From NCBI GenBank assembly GCA_965653495.1, contig CBFHAJ010000001.1, positions 1 to 62,980 on the forward strand: a stretch of DNA of 62,980 bases, in the 5' to 3' direction. Source of the stretch: an uncultured bacterium. GTDB taxonomy: Bacteria; Gemmatimonadota; Gemmatimonadetes; Gemmatimonadales; GWC2-71-9. The position numbers were made by a program, and so were the translations under genes. The notes beneath the pieces were generated by a model, which did not search any database, was not told the DNA's origin, and saw only the letters and a list, made by a program, of their open reading frames with translations. Positions 1-7,942 of the stretch are shown in pieces (the stretch's first letter is position 1; every line of letters begins with the position of its first letter).

Positions 1-265
1 CGATCCGATCGCGCTCGGCCTGCGTCAGCCCAGCGGTGACGAACTGGCTGAGCGACTTGCGGTCGGCAGCGAGCACACCCAGGGCCGCATAGCGCGCGCC
101 CACGACGTCGCGGGCCGAATCCGCGACCTGTTGCAGCACGCGGTCGAGCGAATGCTCGGTGAAGATCTTGACTCCCGCCGACAACAGCGCCTCGAACCGG
201 CGCCGCACGCGCGCTCCCTCGGTGCTCTCCCCGCGGGAACGTACGGAAATCCGCTTACGAGGCAC
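1..265 (-). CDS. GAF-domain sensor protein, N-terminal fragment (gene continues past the left edge of the window)
   Basis: Manual minus-strand translation from GTG at 263-265 gives VPRKRISVRS..SLDRVLQQVADSARDVVGARYAALGVLAADRKSLSQFVTAGLTQAERDRI. This is the typical start of a GAF domain as in DevS/DosT-like sensor kinases. It is absent from the ORF track because it runs off the window. Confidence 0.5.
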   Translation of the reverse strand, partial: MPRKRISVRSRGESTEGARVRRRFEALLSAGVKIFTEHSLDRVLQQVADSARDVVGARYAALGVLAADRKSLSQFVTAGLTQAERDRI

Positions 266-360
266 GCCGCACCCTGCCCTTGAGACTGCTAGAAATATGA
301 AGACCACACCTGATAGCGCCACCGCGTGTAGGCCGGAGGTCGGGTGGCGATCGGGGCTGG

Positions 361-762
361 CTACACTTTCGCCGTCGCCACGGCGGCTACGATGTCGGTT
401 TGCGAGATCACCCCCACGAGGGTGCTGTGCTCCTCGACGAACAATCGCTGCACTTCGAGGTAAGCCATCTCGCGGGCTGCATCCCGCACATCGGCGTCGG
501 GCGCGATCGTCTCCGGCCACGGGGCCATGATCTCCTGGACCATGGTCTCCTCGAACAGCTGGTCGCGAGCCCGCGGGCTCCGCAGCCCGCTTTCCGCCTT
601 CAGAACCTCGCGGGTGGATAGCACGCCCACCGCGCGACCAAAGCGGTCGAGCACCGGCAGCGCCGACACGCCGGCCGCGCTGAGGGCCGTGACGGCGTCG
701 GCGACCGTCGTGTCGGCCGCGATGGTCTTCAGCGTGGTCTGCATCAGCTCGGCGACTCTCAC
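361..762 (-). CDS. CBS-pair domain protein
   Basis: Track ORF 361..801. Two CBS motifs are present (..AVTALSAAGVSALPVLD.., ..EVQRLFVEEHSTLVGVISQTDIV). I prefer the GTG at 762, which forms a GTGA overlap with the stop of the upstream radical-SAM gene; ATG at 801 is the alternative. Confidence 0.8.
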   Translation of the reverse strand: MRVAELMQTTLKTIAADTTVADAVTALSAAGVSALPVLDRFGRAVGVLSTREVLKAESGLRSPRARDQLFEETMVQEIMAPWPETIAPDADVRDAAREMAYLEVQRLFVEEHSTLVGVISQTDIVAAVATAKV

Positions 763-1808
763 GGTGACCTCCGCGCTGGCGATCGCGGCGTGTACGCGCA
801 CAGGGGGTCCTCGGCGAACGGATCGCCGGTCGCGGCGTAGGCGCGGGCCCGTGACCCGCCGCAGTAGGCGTGAAACTCACAGCGCCCGCACCGCCCGCCA
901 AACAGCTCGGGCTGGCGCAACCGGCGGAACAGGGGAGCGTCGCGGTACAGTGTCACGACGTCGCTGGTACGGACGTTCCCGGCCGACACGGGCAGGAAGC
1001 CCGAAGAGTTGATGTCGCCCGTGTGCGAAATGAACATGACGCCGTTGCCGTCCCGGATGCCGGCGGCGTGCCCGCGCGCAGGAGCCCGGCGGCGCTGCAG
1101 CATCACCCGCCGCAGGTGCGGCGCCTCCGTCGTGGTCACGACCGGAGAGCCCCCGCGTCTCGACAGATCCACCAGCCAGTGCATCACGTCTTCCGCTGCA
1201 GTGGGCGAAATGTCTTCCAACACTGCTCCACGCCCGGTCGGGACCAGGAAGAACAGGCTCCACCGCGCCGCACCCAGCCGACCGGCCAAGAGGTAGATCG
1301 CCGGGAGGTCGTCCAGCGTTTCCTTCGCTACCAGCGTGTTGATCTGGAAGGGGAGCTCCGCGGCGCGCGCCGCTTGAGCGGCATCGAGGGTCCGCTGGAA
1401 CGTGCCGGCGATGCCGCGCAACGCGTCGTGCCGCTCCGGCGTCGCACCGTCAAGCGACAGCGAGATCGCCTCCACGCCGAACTGCTTGAATCGCCGGATG
1501 TCTTCCCCGCACAACAACGGCGTGGCGCTGGGGGCGACCGACACGCCGAAGCCGAGCGTCCGCGCGGCGACGATGAGCGTCCACAGGTCGGGTCGCTTCA
1601 GGGGGTCGCCACCGGTGAGCACAACGTGCGGCTTGGGATCGCCGAATGTCGCCAACTGCTCGAGCAGGCGGAGGCTCTCGGTGGCCGTCAGCTCGTCGGG
1701 ATGCCGCCGCTGGACCGCCGCAGCGCGGCAGTGCCGGCACGCGAGGTCGCAGGCGCGCGTCAGCTCCCAGTACACGCGCAGCGGCGCCCGGTCGAATACC
1801 AGAGTCAT
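759..1808 (-). CDS. Radical SAM / SPASM-domain enzyme (NirJ/AhbD-like family)
   Basis: N-terminal CDLACRHC (CxxxCxxC) cluster motif. C-terminal Cys-rich SPASM-like segment GGRCGRCEFHAYCGGSRARAY..DPLCAY. 349 aa. Confidence 0.85.
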   Translation of the reverse strand: MTLVFDRAPLRVYWELTRACDLACRHCRAAAVQRRHPDELTATESLRLLEQLATFGDPKPHVVLTGGDPLKRPDLWTLIVAARTLGFGVSVAPSATPLLCGEDIRRFKQFGVEAISLSLDGATPERHDALRGIAGTFQRTLDAAQAARAAELPFQINTLVAKETLDDLPAIYLLAGRLGAARWSLFFLVPTGRGAVLEDISPTAAEDVMHWLVDLSRRGGSPVVTTTEAPHLRRVMLQRRRAPARGHAAGIRDGNGVMFISHTGDINSSGFLPVSAGNVRTSDVVTLYRDAPLFRRLRQPELFGGRCGRCEFHAYCGGSRARAYAATGDPFAEDPLCAYTPRSPARRSP

Positions 1809-1962
1809 GGCCCCAATAAGGCCTCCGGTGCATGAAGGCGTCTGGAAGGCGGATTCAGGAGACCTTCACGCTCGCCCGCAGCGATACTCTCACCGCTCAT
1901 ACACAGTGGTTTCAGGGCCGGGCGGCTCTATTTCCTGCGTACCGTCACAAGTGGGAGATCAA

Positions 1963-2340
1963 ATGAGCACCAAGGAACTGGTTGATGCGGCGGTCGAGCA
2001 CATCTACACCCGTGCCGGCGTGAAGACGGTGTACGGCGAGCCGGTCGTGGTCGACGGCAAGACGATCATTCCGGTCGCGAAGGTAGCCTACGGCTTCGGC
2101 GGAGGCGCTGGCTCTAAGAAGGCGCCGGCGAGTGCGGCCGGCAAAGAGGCGCCGGCCAAGACGGGGGAAGGCGCGGGTGGCGGGGTCGCCGCCAAGCCCG
2201 TCGGCGTCGTGGAGGTCACGGACGAGGAGACGAAGTTCGTCGCCTTCGGGCAGACCAAGAAGCTCGCCTGGGCCGCGGCCGTCGGCTCGGCCGTCGGCGT
2301 CCTGCTCGGCCTGCTGCTCGGCGGGCGCCGCAAGAATTGA
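1963..2340 (+). CDS. YtfJ/GerW-family protein
   Basis: In-frame ATG at 1963 inside track ORF 1402..2340. Sequence GEPVVVDGKTIIPVAKVAYGFGGGAGS followed by a Gly/Ala-rich linker and a C-terminal hydrophobic helix, as in YtfJ/GerW proteins. Confidence 0.75.
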   Translation: MSTKELVDAAVEHIYTRAGVKTVYGEPVVVDGKTIIPVAKVAYGFGGGAGSKKAPASAAGKEAPAKTGEGAGGGVAAKPVGVVEVTDEETKFVAFGQTKKLAWAAAVGSAVGVLLGLLLGGRRKN

Positions 2341-2349
2341 AGCTTCGCC

Positions 2350-2790
2350 CTAGTCGTCCCGCGACTTGGGATGGCTCAGCGAGTACACGTACGCCGCGAC
2401 GGCGCGCACCTGCTCCGGCGAGAGGTTCGCGCCACCCATCGGCGGCATCGGCGCCGGCGATTCCTTGGGAGTCGGAACCCCCTTCTGCACGAGGCCCACG
2501 ATGAACGCGTAGCTGCCGTCGCCGTTGAGCCACTTCACATCGGTCAAGTCGGGGGCGAGCCCGGCGGTCCCTTTCGCGTCCTGACCGTGGCACACGGCGC
2601 ATGTACCGCCCGCGATCTTTCCGTGGAACACGCTGTCGCCCAGGGCGATCATCGCTGGCGTGATGGAGTCCGCGCCCGGCGCGGCAGCTGGTTTCGCTGG
2701 CTTCGCGGGCGCCTGCGCTGCGGCGGTCGCTGCCACCACCGCGAGCAGCAGCCCGCTCAAGACGGCTCCACGGCCACCGATCGTCGTCAT
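2350..2790 (-). CDS. Periplasmic monoheme c-type cytochrome
   Basis: Trimmed from track ORF 2350..2916 to the ATG at 2790, which is preceded by AAGGAG. Signal peptide MTTIGGRGAVLSGLLLAVVAATAAAQA, a single CAVCHG heme motif and a distal Met region (PMPPMGG). Confidence 0.85.
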   Translation of the reverse strand: MTTIGGRGAVLSGLLLAVVAATAAAQAPAKPAKPAAAPGADSITPAMIALGDSVFHGKIAGGTCAVCHGQDAKGTAGLAPDLTDVKWLNGDGSYAFIVGLVQKGVPTPKESPAPMPPMGGANLSPEQVRAVAAYVYSLSHPKSRDD

Positions 2791-2809
2791 CACGAGATCT
2801 CCTTCGCCC

Positions 2810-4192
2810 TTAAAACACCAACCACGCGAGCAGGTAGAGGGTGTTGTTGTCCGATGCGTTGCGCCCGGAGCCGTCATAGTTGCTGGTGGCGCCGTTGAAC
2901 TTCGTGTACACAACATACTGCGCCGTGAGCCGGGTGTTGAGCCACGGCAGGAAGTCGAGCTCGGCGATCAGGCCGTTCGAGTTCGGGCTGCCGAGCCGGC
3001 TGCCACTCACGGGACCCGGGGCGTATCGGAGCGTGTCCGCCCCACCGGTGGTCGCGAAGTAGGCGAGGGTGGCGCCCACGCGGCCCGCCGTGTAGTACGA
3101 CCCGTCGACCTTGAAGGTCTTCAGCGTGTTGCTTGCATTCGCGACCTTGGCGCTGTCGAAGGATGCCGTGAGCGTCTGCTGCTCATGGATCCAGGTGGCG
3201 TGCGCCGTGGCGTTGCCGCCGCTAATCCGGCGCTCGTATTGCGCGTCCACACCGACATCCGTGTAGCGATCGGTGGGACCGGCCACTCCCGTCGGGAAGA
3301 GCCGGGTGGACATGCCGTAGGTGCCAAGCTCGAAGTACTGCCCGCGCCAGCCGTGCTGCAAGGCGAACCGCCAGTAAGGCGCGACGCCCTTGAGGGTGTT
3401 CGCCGACAACGCGTCGGGCGGGTGCGAGCCACCCTGAAAGGCCGAGCGGTAGGCGGAGACTTCTCCGTAGATGCGGTTATCCCACAGTGCGTACGCGCCG
3501 AGGCCCGCGCTTTGCTGGGCCAGTCCGCCGTCGATCAAGGTGGCGGCCGCCGGAGCGGGTGCGACCGCGGACGACGCCCAGGGAAAGCCCCACGCAGGCG
3601 TGCTGTTCCAGACGTCTTGTACGGTCGGGTTGTTGTTGAGCGACAGGCCGTAGATCAGCTCCTTGGCAGCGAGTTTACCGTGGTTCGCATAGCGGACGTC
3701 GAAGTTGTCGATCCCGAACGATCCGTCCGGTCCGCTGTAGGTGAACTGCAGGAAGGTCCCCAGCCGCGGCGTGATCTCTTCGCCGAGGAACAGGCTCAGC
3801 TGATCGGGAAGCTCGACGTCGGTATTTTGCGTGCCCGGCTGGGCCGTCTTCGTGCGCGTGACCGACGTCATAACCATGGCGGAAACAGGCGGGATCAGGT
3901 CGATCTTGAGCGAGCGCTTGACCGTGTCGCCCGCTTCCACCACCTGCAGACCGGTGAGGGTGTACCCGTTGAGCTTGAAGCGCCGCCCGAACGGCGTGAG
4001 CTGCGGGAACGTGGTATGACACACGTTGCACGCGAGGCCCGTCTGGCGCGTGAAGCTGGGGATCACCTCGCGGTGAATCGTGTGGACGTTGACCACGAGT
4101 CCTTTCGCCGCGCGCGCGTCGTTCCGCGCGAGCATCGCGGTTCCCGCGAGCGCCACGATCGTGATCAGCCACGGCACCATTCTCGTCGTCAT
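2810..4192 (-). CDS. Fused monoheme cytochrome c - outer-membrane beta-barrel protein (Cyc2/Cyt572-like architecture)
   Basis: 460 aa. Signal peptide, the only two Cys in the protein form CNVCH at aa 55-59, then about 400 aa of alternating beta-strand-like sequence ending ..NNTLYLLAWLVF (terminal aromatic residue typical of OMP barrels). Confidence 0.8.
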   Translation of the reverse strand: MTTRMVPWLITIVALAGTAMLARNDARAAKGLVVNVHTIHREVIPSFTRQTGLACNVCHTTFPQLTPFGRRFKLNGYTLTGLQVVEAGDTVKRSLKIDLIPPVSAMVMTSVTRTKTAQPGTQNTDVELPDQLSLFLGEEITPRLGTFLQFTYSGPDGSFGIDNFDVRYANHGKLAAKELIYGLSLNNNPTVQDVWNSTPAWGFPWASSAVAPAPAAATLIDGGLAQQSAGLGAYALWDNRIYGEVSAYRSAFQGGSHPPDALSANTLKGVAPYWRFALQHGWRGQYFELGTYGMSTRLFPTGVAGPTDRYTDVGVDAQYERRISGGNATAHATWIHEQQTLTASFDSAKVANASNTLKTFKVDGSYYTAGRVGATLAYFATTGGADTLRYAPGPVSGSRLGSPNSNGLIAELDFLPWLNTRLTAQYVVYTKFNGATSNYDGSGRNASDNNTLYLLAWLVF

Positions 4193-4429
4193 TGCTCCTC
4201 CCAGCGGAGTTCGGGCGGTTAAGACTCCGCTGATGTTAGAGTGAACTTCATGAAGACAGAGCCGGGCGATGCTGAAGAAACCTTCAGGAATGGCGCCGGG
4301 GCCGGGCCATGCTGGTCTAGCCCCTTCGTCGTGATAAGAGATCCCTCGTGAGCGCCTCAGCGTTTCTTCACGCTCGGCCTGCGATCATGTGCGAAGCAGG
4401 TCGGTACGGACCTCGGGCCAGGAGGACTT

Positions 4430-5350
4430 ATGGCGTGGAAACCCATCGTAGTCGGTATGGACGCCTCTCCCGAGGCGGCCGGTGCAGCGGCGCTAGCGGG
4501 CCGGATCGCTGCAGAAGCTCATACCAGCTGCTACCTGGTCCATGCGGCACATGACCTGTGGGGATCGCTCCAGCCGGATGAGGGTGGGGAGGAGCTGCAG
4601 CGCGCGGTGATCGACGCCGCGCGCGTCCGCATCGGCGCCGTTCTGCAAGACGTAATCCCGCCCGAGCTGATCGGCACACTCGCCATTCGCTCGGGACGCG
4701 CGGCGACGCTGTTGTGTCAGGCGGTCACTGATCTGGGAGCGGAACTGGTGGTGCTCGGCGGGAAGCACCATTCGGCCCTCGGGCGCTGGCTCGGCGGCAG
4801 CACGAGCTTAAACGTGGTCCGCACGACTCATGTGCCGCTGCTCGTCACGGTGGGATCGCCCTTAGCGATTCGTCGGGTGCTGGTCGCGGTGGACGGCTCC
4901 CGCGCAGCCCCACCGACGCTGCAAGCAGCCGAGCGTCTCGCCGCTACGCTCGGTGCCGAGCTGCGCGCGCTCAGCGTCATCGAACCGCTGCCGGTCATCC
5001 CCGAGGTGACGCCGCCCTACGAGACCGCGGGCTATTACGCGCTCGCTCGGGAACAGCTCCAGCGCGACGTATGGAGCCAGATTCGCACGCCCGGCGTCGA
5101 GCCGATCATTCGCTACGGCCAGGCGGTCGAGGAGATCGCGCGAGCGGCAACCGAATGGCACGCGGACGTGCTCGTGGTGGGCTCGCACGGCCGGGGTTGG
5201 GCCGAACGGATGCTCGTGGGGAGCGTGACCGAGCGGCTCCTGAACCAGCTGCCGACCTCGGTGCTGGTGGTGCCCACGGCGATCGCCGTCGCGGAAGAGG
5301 ATGAAGCTGAAAGGGCAGAAGTAGCGCGGCCGGCGGTGGCGATCGCCTGA
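4430..5350 (+). CDS. Universal stress protein, tandem USP domains
   Basis: 306 aa. Two repeats of the USP pattern (..IVVGMDASPEA.. / ..VLVAVDGSRAA.. and ..LVVLGGKHHSALGRWLGGS.. / ..VLVVGSHGRGWAERMLVGSV..). Confidence 0.85.
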   Translation: MAWKPIVVGMDASPEAAGAAALAGRIAAEAHTSCYLVHAAHDLWGSLQPDEGGEELQRAVIDAARVRIGAVLQDVIPPELIGTLAIRSGRAATLLCQAVTDLGAELVVLGGKHHSALGRWLGGSTSLNVVRTTHVPLLVTVGSPLAIRRVLVAVDGSRAAPPTLQAAERLAATLGAELRALSVIEPLPVIPEVTPPYETAGYYALAREQLQRDVWSQIRTPGVEPIIRYGQAVEEIARAATEWHADVLVVGSHGRGWAERMLVGSVTERLLNQLPTSVLVVPTAIAVAEEDEAERAEVARPAVAIA

Positions 5351-5374
5351 CGGCACTTCGGGAGAGAGGGCTCC

Positions 5375-5974
5375 ATGGCCTGCTCAATGAGTCCCAACCA
5401 AGAGTCGCAAGATTGGACGCGGTCGAGCTTGGCCCCGGCAATCCTTGCATGCGCGACGCTCTTAACCGTCTCAACGGCTCTGCCCAGTTCGGCCCCGTCC
5501 CAGGACTCGCTGCTGCAGCGTGCTCAGCTTCCGAGCGCACAGTCAATCCTCGACCGCCTGCAGGTGGCAACGCTGGTCTTCCGAGGCGCAGTAACCGACG
5601 TTCGATCGATCGAAGCGAGCGGCGAACCGACGAGGAACCGTCGTTTGACCGAACACGACCCGGAGTGGCACCTCGCCGTCGTCCGTGTCGTCACGCCGTT
5701 ACGAGGCTGCACGGCCGGAGACTCGGTCAGCATCATCTTTGCGGGCTCGCGAGACATCGCTTGGTTCAAAGCTCCGAAACTGAAACCAGGGCAGGATGCA
5801 GTCTTTCTTGCCCATCCTCCGAGCAGCCATGAGGGCCAGATCGGTCGTTCAACGGGGCTGGGCGCATTTCTGGACAAAGGGCCGCTCTATCTGGTCACTG
5901 AGCCCTACGACGTGATGCAGCCGAGTGATGAACCTCGGGTTCGCCGCTTGCTGTCGAAGGCGAAGGAGAGATAA
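5375..5974 (+). CDS. Hypothetical secreted protein
   Basis: 199-aa ORF with an N-terminal hydrophobic segment (LAPAILACATLLTV). No recognisable motif. Third-codon positions look less GC-rich than in the flanks. Confidence 0.5.
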   Translation: MACSMSPNQESQDWTRSSLAPAILACATLLTVSTALPSSAPSQDSLLQRAQLPSAQSILDRLQVATLVFRGAVTDVRSIEASGEPTRNRRLTEHDPEWHLAVVRVVTPLRGCTAGDSVSIIFAGSRDIAWFKAPKLKPGQDAVFLAHPPSSHEGQIGRSTGLGAFLDKGPLYLVTEPYDVMQPSDEPRVRRLLSKAKER

Positions 5975-6137
5975 CCCGGAATGGGGAGGGCACCGTAGTG
6001 GGAATCCGCCGTCCGGCGCGGGTCGTGCGATGGGCGTCCCGGTCGGTCGGCCCTCCTTGTGCTGCTCGCCGCGCCAGGTGGCGCGTCCTTCGGCGCTGCG
6101 GGGCTCGTGGCGAATGCTGCTACCGTAGCGGTGCAAT

Positions 6138-7229
6138 TCAGGGCTCATAGAGCCACGCGCGACTTACACCTGACCCCCCTGGATTCGCGTAGCCGCCAGC
6201 GAGCAAGACCCTGCCGTCAGTCAGAATTGTCGCGGTCGAAAAGAGAAATCCATCGAGCTTTGCCCCTCCAACGAGGCGGAATGAGCTCGATTCGAGATCG
6301 TAGACCTCCGGTCGTTGCGCGCCGCCGGCGATAAGAACGTTTCCGTTCTTCAGCGCAACCACCGCCTTCCCCAACTTGAAGCGTTGGGTCTTCATCTCCG
6401 GACCCGCTGCGAATTTGCCGAGTCGCGGATCATAGATCTCGGTGCTCGTGACGCGCGGGCCGCGCGGGCCGCCTATCTGTCCACCTGCAACAAGCACACG
6501 ACCATCCGGCAGCAAGGCGGCGCCGAACTTGGCGCGGCGAAGGGTCAGGCCGCCTGTCTGCGTGAAGCGCTGGGTTGACGGGTCGTACACATCGACCACT
6601 GCCGAACCAATCACTAATACACGTCCATCCTTGAGCAACACTGCCTGGGTTGGATCAGGTATATCTGTGACGCCAGCCGGTACGAAGCTCCCGCGCCCAA
6701 CGGCGTATAACTCGGCGGTCGCGAAGCCATTCGCGGACGGCTCGGACCCGCCCACGAACAGAATGTCCCCGTTCGCCAAGCGTACGATGCGAGCGTCCGC
6801 TCTTGGGGTGGTCATGTGGCCCGCACGGGCGAACGTTCCGGTGACCGGATCGTACAGCTCAGCGGCATCCGTATAACACGGCTGATCGCAGCCGGTTGAG
6901 CCACCCGTCACGAGCACCTTGCCGCTCGGGAGCGCCTCGGCCATCACCCCCCACCCATGAGCCGATTGCGGCTCCCCGGTTGGCTTGAACTCGCCAGCGG
7001 TAGGGTCAAAGACTTCGGCGCTTGATTGCATCACTCCGTTGCGCGCGATTCCGCCAACGACCAGGACGCGCCCGTCGGGGAGCAAGGCCGCCGCATGATC
7101 GAAGCGGCTTGAACTCATGTTTCCGGTAGAGACGAGGCGCCCAGCGTCGGAATCGTGCGATCGCGCACGTCCTGCTGTTCTTCCGGTCATTGCCGAGATA
7201 AGCGCCAGCGCCGCGCAGGCTCGTCTCAT
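6138..7229 (-). CDS. Kelch-repeat beta-propeller protein, secreted
   Basis: Trimmed from track ORF 6138..7316 to Met30 (MRRACAALALISAM.. signal). Six or more repeats of the ..DGRVLVxGG.. / ..AELYDP.. Kelch pattern. Confidence 0.8.
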   Translation of the reverse strand: MRRACAALALISAMTGRTAGRARSHDSDAGRLVSTGNMSSSRFDHAAALLPDGRVLVVGGIARNGVMQSSAEVFDPTAGEFKPTGEPQSAHGWGVMAEALPSGKVLVTGGSTGCDQPCYTDAAELYDPVTGTFARAGHMTTPRADARIVRLANGDILFVGGSEPSANGFATAELYAVGRGSFVPAGVTDIPDPTQAVLLKDGRVLVIGSAVVDVYDPSTQRFTQTGGLTLRRAKFGAALLPDGRVLVAGGQIGGPRGPRVTSTEIYDPRLGKFAAGPEMKTQRFKLGKAVVALKNGNVLIAGGAQRPEVYDLESSSFRLVGGAKLDGFLFSTATILTDGRVLLAGGYANPGGSGVSRAWLYEP

Positions 7230-7438
7230 CGTCCCTCCAGGTCTTCGGGCCTTGGCTCTTTGGACGCGATCATTGCTCCCGTATGATGCGTTTCCCTGCC
7301 CTCCGGTTTGAATCAATTTTCCTAGGGTAGTCCTATTACTGATTCAACACGAGGCGGTGCACCAAGGCGAGTGGGCGTTCAAACGGTCAAACACCCCGGC
7401 AAACGCGCTCGGAGAATTGCCGCGCGACGCATTGCTCA

Positions 7439-7612
7439 CTGCTGACGAAGGTAGCCGACTGGCTCAAGGTCGCACGCCGCCAAGTACAGAGGCTGCGAAT
7501 CCCATGGATCGATCTCGGCCGGAAGACGCCGCGCTACCAGGTCAAGGACGTGATGGCGTGGCTCGAGGCTCGCCGCCGCGACACTGAATGGCCGCGGCCT
7601 TCGAGTACCTGA
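7439..7612 (+). pseudogene. Excisionase/AlpA-family HTH remnant with no canonical start codon
   Basis: Manual translation of the frame ending at TGA 7610-7612 gives ..LLTKVADWLKVARRQVQRLRIPWIDLGRKTPRYQVKDVMAWLEARRRD. This matches the excisionase-type HTH_17 pattern. The frame is open from 7343, but the only candidate start is CTG at 7439/7442. Confidence 0.5.
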
Positions 7613-7738
7613 GCCATAAGCCGCCTCTGCCACGACGGCAAGAGGCCCTTCGCCCCCTTTGCTCCCCTTTCCTTCGGTTTTCTCCGCTTCTACCTTTCGG
7701 GCCGTGCGCTGCCGGGACTGACTACGGATCAAGAGGCT

Positions 7739-7765
7739 GGGGGTTCGAGTCCTCCTGGGCGCACC
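7739..7765 (+). other. Orphan tRNA 3' fragment (T-arm plus acceptor 3' strand plus CC); probable old att-site remnant
   Basis: GGGGG-TTCGAGT-CCTCC-TGGGCGC-A-CC. There is no matching 5' acceptor strand (GCGCCCA) or D/anticodon arm in the preceding 100 nt. The sequence differs from both intact tRNAs in the window. Confidence 0.55.
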
Positions 7766-7770
7766 TGCTA

Positions 7771-7841
7771 GACGGGTAGAGAATAGATTGCGAGACGGGT
7801 AGAGCCGCAGCATGAGGATCACCCCTACCCGTCTACCCGTC
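7771..7841. repeat. Four copies of a 9-mer GACGGGTAG (two direct, two inverted) immediately upstream of tRNA-Pro
   Basis: GACGGGTAGAG at 7771-7781 and 7794-7804. The reverse complement CTACCCGTC occurs at 7825-7833 and 7833-7841. Confidence 0.8.
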
Positions 7842-7865
7842 TCTCCGTTTGTCCGCCTAGGTTTT

Positions 7866-7940
7866 CGGGGCGTAGCGCAGCCCGGTTAGCGCGCCTGGTT
7901 CGGGACCAGGAGGTCGGTGGTTCAAATCCACTCGCCCCGA
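7866..7940 (+). tRNA. tRNA-Pro (anticodon CGG)
   Basis: Folded by hand: acceptor CGGGGCG/CGCCCCG, D-arm GCGC/GCGC, anticodon stem CCTGG/CCAGG with loop TTCGGGA, T-arm GGTGG-TTCAAAT-CCACT, discriminator A. 75 nt, no encoded CCA. Confidence 0.9.
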
Positions 7941-7942
7941 CT
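7910..7942 (+). repeat. Left copy of the 33-nt direct repeat (3' end of tRNA-Pro); att-like
   Basis: GAGGTCGGTGGTTCAAATCCACTCGCCCCGACT matches 18519-18551 at 31 of 33 positions. Both differences lie in the T-loop. Confidence 0.85.

Noticed and set aside
870-1835. Long ORFs antisense to well-supported genes. Examples: 870..1835(+), 2660..4222(+), 8188..9240(+), 12981..14135(+), 26635..28083(-), 28913..30724(+), 33599..34951(-), 42035..43348(+), 43311..44825(+), 50874..52151(+), 59150..60073(-) and 60422..62467(-).
   Set aside because: They lie opposite ORFs with clear domain signatures. Their translations are Arg/Pro/Gly/Ala-rich low-complexity sequence, typical of stop-codon-poor frames in high-GC DNA. 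None shows a motif.
4193-4429. Short inverted repeats (ACTTCATGAAG, CTGAAG..CTTCAG) upstream of the USP gene, considered as a DosR-type or other operator.
   Set aside because: The stems are only 5-6 bp, they bear no resemblance to a consensus I can name, and they are not repeated elsewhere in the window.
7681-7768. Possible complete tRNA or tmRNA gene ending at 7765.
   Set aside because: Only the T-arm and the acceptor 3' strand are present. No complementary 5' acceptor strand, D-arm or anticodon arm can be drawn in the preceding 100 nt, and there is no tmRNA-like tag or pseudoknot region. I therefore treat it as a fragment.
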